From Desulfomonilia bacterium (GTDB lineage: Bacteria > Desulfobacterota > Desulfomonilia > UBA1062): a stretch of DNA of 64,000 nucleotides. The position numbers and the translations under genes were made by a program. This document shows, piece after piece, positions 57,943 through 64,000 of this stretch; position 1 is the first letter of the stretch; every line of letters starts with the position of its first letter. Location of the stretch: the NCBI GenBank assembly GCA_050014195.1, contig JBEKDT010000009.1, forward strand, positions 1 to 64,000. Direction: 5' to 3'. Below the pieces are notes generated by a model. The model saw only the letters and a program-made list of their open reading frames with translations, had not been told where the DNA came from and made no database searches.

Positions 57943-59457
57943 ATGTTCAGATCAATAAGACTCAGATTTTTCTTCTGGTACACACTCATACTTGCTGTGA
58001 CTTTCTCTGTGTTTGCCGCGGCGCTCTACTTCAATGTAAGCGCCACCCTAAAAGACCAAATGGACGATCTCTTGCTTACCAAGGCAGAGGGTATAGCCCG
58101 GTCGATCAACACGTACTGGGAAACCGAGAAGATGGATGCCCTCAGACATGGGGCGAGAAGAAATGTATTCAGCAAGATCAATAATGCAAATTTCCTCAAG
58201 ATAGCAAGACGGTGGGCTGAAGAGCGCACGAATGATCCTGACCTCATGAACATCATCGTCCAGATATACAAACCCGATGGTGAGCTGATCGCCTATTCGC
58301 AGAATGTCTTGACACACCTGAACATATCGGGAAATACCCTCCATCGTCTTGCAATCAATAAGACCGTTTACGAAGATCGTCAGGTCACAGAGACCGAGGA
58401 TAAGTACATCGATCTGCGTGTCCTCCAAATCCCTGTATTCGAAGAAGGCAAGATGGCCTACATCGTCCAGGTGGCAGGCCCCTTGAATTCCATTTGGGAA
58501 ACACTCAAAGGGCTCAAGTTCATCCTCTTTCTCCTGCTTCCTATAACGGTAGTGCTCACCAGTGTGCTTGCCGGAGAATTCCTTGCGAGTATAACGTTAA
58601 AACCTCTCAAGAACATGATCACCACAGCCCGTCAAATCACTGCAGAAAATATGAGCCTTCGCATTGCACCTCCCGAAACCCAGGATGAGATCCGGCAATT
58701 GGCAGAGACCTTCAATGATATGCTCGACAAGATACAGCAGGTATTTATTTCCCAGAAGCAATTCATCCAGGATGTTTCCCATGAGCTGAGAACCCCTTTG
58801 ACTATTATGAGGGGGGAATTGGAGGTGGCGCTCAAGAGGCAAAGGACACCGGAGGAGTATTGCTCAACGCTCATGAGCAGCCTCGAAGAGACAAAAAAGA
58901 TCGCGAAGCTGCTGGAAAATCTCCTTGCACTTGCCCGATTCGATAGAAGCTCGGCAACCTTTACGAAGGAGCCCGCGGAGATATCCGCTCTTATGAGAGA
59001 CATTCTTGACGATATGGAGATCCTCGCACATCAAAAGGGGATTGAGATCGATTTCGTAAGCCAGGACGGGGTTATCCTCCCCATTGATAAGGATAAAATC
59101 GCACGTGCGTTTATCAACATCCTCGACAATGCCATTAAATATACCCCTGGTAATGGGAGAATTTCCATCGAGGTTATACGGGAAAATAAACGAGCAATCG
59201 TCACAATTACCGATACCGGCATCGGCATTCCGGAACACGACCTTCCTCATATCTTCGACCGTTTTTATCAGGTCGATAAATCACGCAGCAGCGCAGGTTT
59301 CGGCCTGGGCTTAAGCATCGCCCGCTCGATCATTGAAGCTCATGGCGGATTCATAACGGTCGAGAGCACCCAGAAACAAGGGACAACCTTCCTCATATCG
59401 CTTCCCATGGGCGGGGCGGCCACAGATTATCATCCCCCTGCTTCAAATCACCTCTAA
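57943..59457 (+). CDS. HAMP sensor histidine kinase
   Basis: Two TMs, SHELRTPL, NAIKY, DTGIGI, GLGLSI. Confidence 0.94.
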   Translation: MFRSIRLRFFFWYTLILAVTFSVFAAALYFNVSATLKDQMDDLLLTKAEGIARSINTYWETEKMDALRHGARRNVFSKINNANFLKIARRWAEERTNDPDLMNIIVQIYKPDGELIAYSQNVLTHLNISGNTLHRLAINKTVYEDRQVTETEDKYIDLRVLQIPVFEEGKMAYIVQVAGPLNSIWETLKGLKFILFLLLPITVVLTSVLAGEFLASITLKPLKNMITTARQITAENMSLRIAPPETQDEIRQLAETFNDMLDKIQQVFISQKQFIQDVSHELRTPLTIMRGELEVALKRQRTPEEYCSTLMSSLEETKKIAKLLENLLALARFDRSSATFTKEPAEISALMRDILDDMEILAHQKGIEIDFVSQDGVILPIDKDKIARAFINILDNAIKYTPGNGRISIEVIRENKRAIVTITDTGIGIPEHDLPHIFDRFYQVDKSRSSAGFGLGLSIARSIIEAHGGFITVESTQKQGTTFLISLPMGGAATDYHPPASNHL

Positions 59458-59560
59458 ACAAAATGAGAATATTTTAATCTTCTTCTAATGATCGTTTAAT
59501 TATTCTCATTGTATAGGGAACACCATCAATACCATAAAAAATCCTTAGGAGGAAAGAATC

Positions 59561-59947
59561 ATGAAGAAAGTTATCAGTTTAATCGCAGTATTGGCACTGG
59601 TGTGCTTCACCACTATGGTCTTCGCAGCCGACGCAGCAGCACCCGCAGCAGCACCCGCAGCAGCAAAGGCAGAGCCTGCAAAGACAGAGATGGCAAAGCC
59701 CGATGTAATCAAGGGCAAGATCACCAAGATCGACAAAACAGCTAACACGATCGAGGTAAAGGGTAAGACCTTCACCGTGAAGGCAGAAGACATCGCCACC
59801 TTGAAGAAGGGTCAGATGGTAAAGATTACAGCGGCAGCCGGCAGCCTGAACGCAGACAAGATCGAGGTTATTAAGGCAAAGAAGGCAGTGAAGAAGGCAG
59901 CAGCAGCCGAGAAGAAGGCAGAAGCGACTGAGAAGAAGGCTGAATAG
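59561..59947 (+). CDS. Small exported Ala/Lys-rich protein (OB-fold-like)
   Basis: Signal peptide, GKITKID...LKKGQMVKI; AGGAGG RBS. Confidence 0.75.
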   Translation: MKKVISLIAVLALVCFTTMVFAADAAAPAAAPAAAKAEPAKTEMAKPDVIKGKITKIDKTANTIEVKGKTFTVKAEDIATLKKGQMVKITAAAGSLNADKIEVIKAKKAVKKAAAAEKKAEATEKKAE

Positions 59948-59961
59948 CAGCACTAAGAGGT

Positions 59962-60363
59962 ATGTGGAGGATGAAAAGGGTAGCGATCATACTCTGTACC
60001 ATTGGGGTTCTTTCCTTAAGTGTGCATGCGCAGGATACGCTCCTGACAGCACAGAAAGGAGGAACCCCTCCTCCTGTTTCAACGAAGGTCGTAGCTCCAT
60101 TGGAGGTGAGAGGGAAGATCGACACCATCACTCTTTCAGAACCTTCTCTGGGTATCCGGCCGGAAATCACCGTATCAGGTGAAGACGGGAAAAAATACAC
60201 CTTCCTCATCAGGACCACCACAACCATTTATGGACCGGACTGGAAAGCGATATCCATTGATAAACTGGTGAAGGGACAGCAGGTAAGGGTTCAGTATATC
60301 ACCAACAAAGATGGCTTCCTGGTGGCACAATCCATTAAGCCGGCTCATGTAAAAAAGGGGTAA
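59962..60363 (+). CDS. Exported hypothetical protein (OB-fold-like)
   Basis: Signal peptide; GKID...LVKGQQVRVQY. Confidence 0.7.
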   Translation: MWRMKRVAIILCTIGVLSLSVHAQDTLLTAQKGGTPPPVSTKVVAPLEVRGKIDTITLSEPSLGIRPEITVSGEDGKKYTFLIRTTTTIYGPDWKAISIDKLVKGQQVRVQYITNKDGFLVAQSIKPAHVKKG

Positions 60364-60457
60364 CCCCCGCTATTTTTTCCCGGATCAGCCTATCTTCAGC
60401 AACTTAGTGTTAACCTTTCTTCTTAATTAAACTGATAGGCAAGGATAGGTCTATACT

Positions 60458-60769
60458 ATGGTGAAGAAGATTATCATAAGCGTGATTATCATGCTATGTT
60501 TGAATCTATTTGTTGCGCATGATTCCTTTGCTGCTAGCCGTACGGTAATAAACTCTCATCGCGGCAGAGTATATTTTGAGATATGTCTCTTAGTCGGTGC
60601 GATCGCATCGGGCATATATTTTTTTATCAGTGATTCAAAAAGTTCAAGTCCCCAATCTGAACTTGACCTACCCAAGAATAGTGATCATCTATCAGAATCT
60701 GATATCCTGACGTATTCACAAGAGAAAATGATTTTTTCACCAGAGGGGCTTGTTATCTTTAGATGGTGA
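60458..60769 (+). CDS. Hypothetical membrane protein
   Basis: Signal peptide plus one TM. Confidence 0.5.
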   Translation: MVKKIIISVIIMLCLNLFVAHDSFAASRTVINSHRGRVYFEICLLVGAIASGIYFFISDSKSSSPQSELDLPKNSDHLSESDILTYSQEKMIFSPEGLVIFRW

Positions 60770-60803
60770 ATTTATTATCACACATTGTCCAAGTGGAATC
60801 CTC

Positions 60804-61745
60804 ATGCTATCACTTAAGCCCGTAATGCTCTTCATTTGGCAGAATATTCCCATCTTCTTAATCTGGCTCACCGGGCTTTCCATGATGGACACCGCCTTGC
60901 ACAGGGTCGTACCACCCCTGACTTTCGTTTCATGGCTTACCTTAGTCCCCCTTTTCACCTCGCTGATCCTTTTAGGCTTTGCCTTGAGAAATCACCCAAA
61001 TGGTTTTCGTCTCAAGAGATATCTTCTTTGGGTTGTGGCCCTGGCCGGTATGTATGCAATCACGATGTCCTTAAGGACCACTGCACCGCTGCCCATGGAT
61101 ACGCATAGACTCCTCTACGAGACCAGCGCCATCTTTGAATTCATCATCATCGCCCTGCATGCCCGAACCTGGCTAAAGGGATGGGGCTGGCTCTGGGTCT
61201 TTGGGTTCACGCTTTTCTTCGGTATGATCCTGGAGAATGGCGGTATCATGATGGGCTTCTTTAGGGAGGAGGGCTATCTTCTGTATCTACCGGGACTGCC
61301 CGCACCCATTGCCACCATGATTGGCTGGGTAAATATTCTCTATTGCGGCTTTTTTTCAGTAGAGAAACTATTACCCGAGATGCGGCCAATGCTGCGGGGT
61401 TTAGTATGTACCGGGATCGCTCTTTCCATGGACATCCCGTTTGATCCGGTGGCTACAAGACTTTCCTGGTGGGTGTGGAACGATGCGCTCACCATGAGTA
61501 TCTGGGGAGTGCCTATTGTCAATTATGTGGCATGGTTTTGGGCGCTGTTCCCCTATGCATGGTGTTATTACTGGGTGAGATTGGATGATGATCTGGCAGA
61601 AGGGAAGAAGTTCGCGCTTTTATCAGCGCTCATTCCTCCGATTTTAGTGGTGGAACTGGGAGGGGTGGTTATAAGCCTTGTCGCATTGGGAGATTATGGG
61701 GCGATAGAGATTATCAGGCATTTCATCAGTGGATTTATAACTTAA
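60804..61745 (+). CDS. Multi-TM protein, carotenoid-biosynthesis (DUF422/CruF-like) family
   Basis: ILENGG, MDIPFDPVA..WWVW, GVPIVNYVAWF; start uncertain. Confidence 0.6.
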   Translation: MLSLKPVMLFIWQNIPIFLIWLTGLSMMDTALHRVVPPLTFVSWLTLVPLFTSLILLGFALRNHPNGFRLKRYLLWVVALAGMYAITMSLRTTAPLPMDTHRLLYETSAIFEFIIIALHARTWLKGWGWLWVFGFTLFFGMILENGGIMMGFFREEGYLLYLPGLPAPIATMIGWVNILYCGFFSVEKLLPEMRPMLRGLVCTGIALSMDIPFDPVATRLSWWVWNDALTMSIWGVPIVNYVAWFWALFPYAWCYYWVRLDDDLAEGKKFALLSALIPPILVVELGGVVISLVALGDYGAIEIIRHFISGFIT

Positions 61746-62877
61746 CCATGTGCCGGTATAAATCTTCATAACTTCGGGTAGTCTTGTCCTGGGAATAATA
61801 TTGGCTTATCCTATCGCGGGCGCGCGAGCCCATAGCTGATCGTTCTTCAGGAGTCATATTCGCTATTATCTCCCAAGCCTTGCACAGGTCATGAGATGAT
61901 TTCCTGTTCACGAGTATACCCGTATCTCCCATCAGTAATCCCGTGTCTCCTGCATCGGTAGCCGCACAGGGAACCCCGCAGGCCATGGCTTCGCCTATGG
62001 CGTTGGGGAAACCCTCGGATATGGAAGAGGAGGTAGCGATGTCAATAGATGGGAGTATATGCGGTATATCATCCCGCTCTCCCAGGAGGTGGAATTTCCT
62101 TTGATCCGAAGCTGCTCTCAAATAATCCCTGATAAGGGGGGTTTGGATTGTAATCTCTTTGCCTGCAAGGATGAAATGGGTATCAGGATGAGACTTCAAG
62201 AAGAGTCCCGCAGCAGTAAAGAACGTAGCATGGTCTTTCATGGGATCGAACCTGCCGATGAGGCCGATTACCAATGCATCATTAGTTATGTTGAGTTCTG
62301 CCCTGATCTGAGATCGTGCATTTATATCAGGCTTGAATATTTTAGTATCAAATCCATTGGGAATGATAATCCACTTCTTGGGATGGTAGCCGAGCCCTTT
62401 ATGCACCTCCCTGCCGGCGTTGGAATTAGCTGCCACTGCGTAAGGAATACCCGATAACCTTGCGCCGGCCATTACTGCAAAACGATAGATCGGGCCGTAG
62501 AGAGAGAGATCTAAGTCGGAGCAGCGGATGTTCCAGATGGTTTTTTTCCGCTCAGGGATGGCCAGACCCAAGAGATTCGCATGGTACATCCAGCATTGAA
62601 TGATGTCCGGTCTCATGAGTCTCGCCAGGAATCGAAGCCGAGGGACAGCCCTTATATCAGGCATGCCCTTTTTCATGTTGAGGCTGTAAAGGGAAATGCC
62701 GGCCTGTTCCAGCCTGTGGCCGATAATGCCGGGCTTTGTCATGCAGACGACATGATTTTCAAAGGTGCTTTTATCCATGGTGGAGATGAGCCTGAAGAGG
62801 TTCTGCTCCGCACCTCCCACATCGAGGGTGGATATGAGGTGGAGGATCTTGATGGGCCTGTTTATTTGATTAGACAA
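61735..62877 (-). CDS. Glycosyltransferase family 4
   Basis: LDVGGAE, IIPNGFD, SEGFPNAIGEAMACG. Confidence 0.92.
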   Translation of the reverse strand: MSNQINRPIKILHLISTLDVGGAEQNLFRLISTMDKSTFENHVVCMTKPGIIGHRLEQAGISLYSLNMKKGMPDIRAVPRLRFLARLMRPDIIQCWMYHANLLGLAIPERKKTIWNIRCSDLDLSLYGPIYRFAVMAGARLSGIPYAVAANSNAGREVHKGLGYHPKKWIIIPNGFDTKIFKPDINARSQIRAELNITNDALVIGLIGRFDPMKDHATFFTAAGLFLKSHPDTHFILAGKEITIQTPLIRDYLRAASDQRKFHLLGERDDIPHILPSIDIATSSSISEGFPNAIGEAMACGVPCAATDAGDTGLLMGDTGILVNRKSSHDLCKAWEIIANMTPEERSAMGSRARDRISQYYSQDKTTRSYEDLYRHMVKL

Positions 62878-64000
62878 TGTACCTTTTCCTCCACATCATG
62901 AAAACAAGCAGCAGCCAAATGCGATCAACCGCAACGGACCCCTTTTTATCTTTGAAGGCAGCCACGGTTTTAAAGACCACATTCGAGTCGATCTCGGTCT
63001 GTTCTGCAAGGGCATCGGGGTTCAGATATTCTTCTACAAGGTCCATGAGATCATCATGAAGCCAGGTATAGACGGGTACGGCGAAGCCCTGCTTCGGACG
63101 TATAAAGAGGTTTTCCGGCAGGTACCTTGCAAGGAGTTTTCTCAAGAGGTATTTCATTCGGCCCTGTCGATATTTAAATTCCATAGGGAGGCGCAGGGCG
63201 AATTCCACAATCCGATGGTCAAGCAAGGGATCCCTTCCTTCAAGGCCGACGGACATGGTTGCCCTATCAACCTTTGTAAGGATGTCCTCGGGTAAGTAGT
63301 ATTTCATGTCCCAGAGCATCATGGAGGGCATCAAAGAAGCCCCTATGTCTTTCAGGGATGGCCGCGGGTCATTATAGAATCCGAGGAGCTCCCTGGTCTC
63401 GCGGGGCAGCCAGTAGGCGATGACATAGGGGTATACACCCTTGGCATTGCCTTGCCAGTCGACAAGCACTGCCTGGAGCTTACGCATGCGGTCCCTTATG
63501 GCCGGCCGCCTGAGTTTCGGGTATATGCTTGCCAGATCCGCCATCGCGTCGGTCCCCATGGCTTTCATGATTTTTCCCACAGACCTTGGGATGATTTTCG
63601 GCATAGGAGAGAGATATTTCTCAAGCCTACTCATGACCAGGTAGTTATGATATCCGCAGAAAAGCTCGTCTCCGCCATCGGCCGAGAGGGATACCTTCAC
63701 ATGCCTTCTGGTAATCTGTGAGACAACGGTAGTGGGAATGCCGGAGATGTCGCCGAAGGGCTCGTCATAGATCTCGGGCCACCGGGGGAGGATTGCCCTG
63801 GCATGTTCGGGAGTAACGATCTCCTCGGTGTGCTCGGTGCCCAGGTGCTCTGCTATGTCCCTTGCCCAGCCAGACTCGTCGTAGCCCTTTTCTTTAAAAC
63901 CGATGGTGAAGGTCTTGATGGCTGTTGAGGTGTGCCGGGCGAGTATGGCGGTTACTAATGATGAATCGATGCCGCCTGACAAAAAGACCCCCACGGGCAC
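62870..64000 (-). CDS. asnB: Asparagine synthase (glutamine-hydrolysing) family amidotransferase, 5'-truncated by window edge
   Basis: VFLSGGIDSS, DEPFGD, SADGGDELFCGY, KVDRATM, RPKQGF. Confidence 0.9.
   Translation of the reverse strand: MPVGVFLSGGIDSSLVTAILARHTSTAIKTFTIGFKEKGYDESGWARDIAEHLGTEHTEEIVTPEHARAILPRWPEIYDEPFGDISGIPTTVVSQITRRHVKVSLSADGGDELFCGYHNYLVMSRLEKYLSPMPKIIPRSVGKIMKAMGTDAMADLASIYPKLRRPAIRDRMRKLQAVLVDWQGNAKGVYPYVIAYWLPRETRELLGFYNDPRPSLKDIGASLMPSMMLWDMKYYLPEDILTKVDRATMSVGLEGRDPLLDHRIVEFALRLPMEFKYRQGRMKYLLRKLLARYLPENLFIRPKQGFAVPVYTWLHDDLMDLVEEYLNPDALAEQTEIDSNVVFKTVAAFKDKKGSVAVDRIWLLLVFMMWRKRYIV

Noticed and set aside
59630-59665. GCAGCAGCACCC tandem repeat
   Set aside because: Encodes an ordinary AAAP linker after a signal peptide.

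Overview
64-kb chromosomal window from a probable Desulfobacterota/deltaproteobacterium, judged by gene content and order. 1-12.4 kb is accessory DNA stacked at the 3' end of tRNA-Ala(CGC). It begins with the 3' end of a canonical group II intron and a DUF3489-DUF2924-large serine recombinase module. A ~9.5-kb island follows (32-bp att repeat at 2851 and 12381, atypical tyrosine integrase) that carries a tRNA-Sec 3' fragment, a MITE, a 3-cassette integron array without intI, and an ORF-less group II ribozyme with circularly permuted domains (DV-DVI, 47-nt exon, then GUGCG-DI-DIII). 12.5-38.3 kb is housekeeping (CBS/DHH tRNA nucleotidyltransferase, xerD, amidase, coaX, ybaB-recR-mtaD, flgL-fliW, mobB, hisA/hisB, alaS, frameshifted recX, pilT, recA, thpR, cinA, pgpA, asnS). 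40-52 kb is a large PHA cluster (phaE-phaC-GAF-phaJ, a second synthase-like pair, three phasin-like paralogs, phaR, depolymerase), followed by beta-oxidation, two-component and surface-glycan genes. Two further integron-type cassettes sit alone in core DNA: a glycosylase-like gene at 38.8 kb and a BsuBI/PstI-type R-M system at 44-46.8 kb. Each is preceded by an attI-like motif related to that of the island array. The main candidates for new biology are the permuted group II ribozyme with its neighbouring ORF and this dispersed, integrase-less attI+cassette system.
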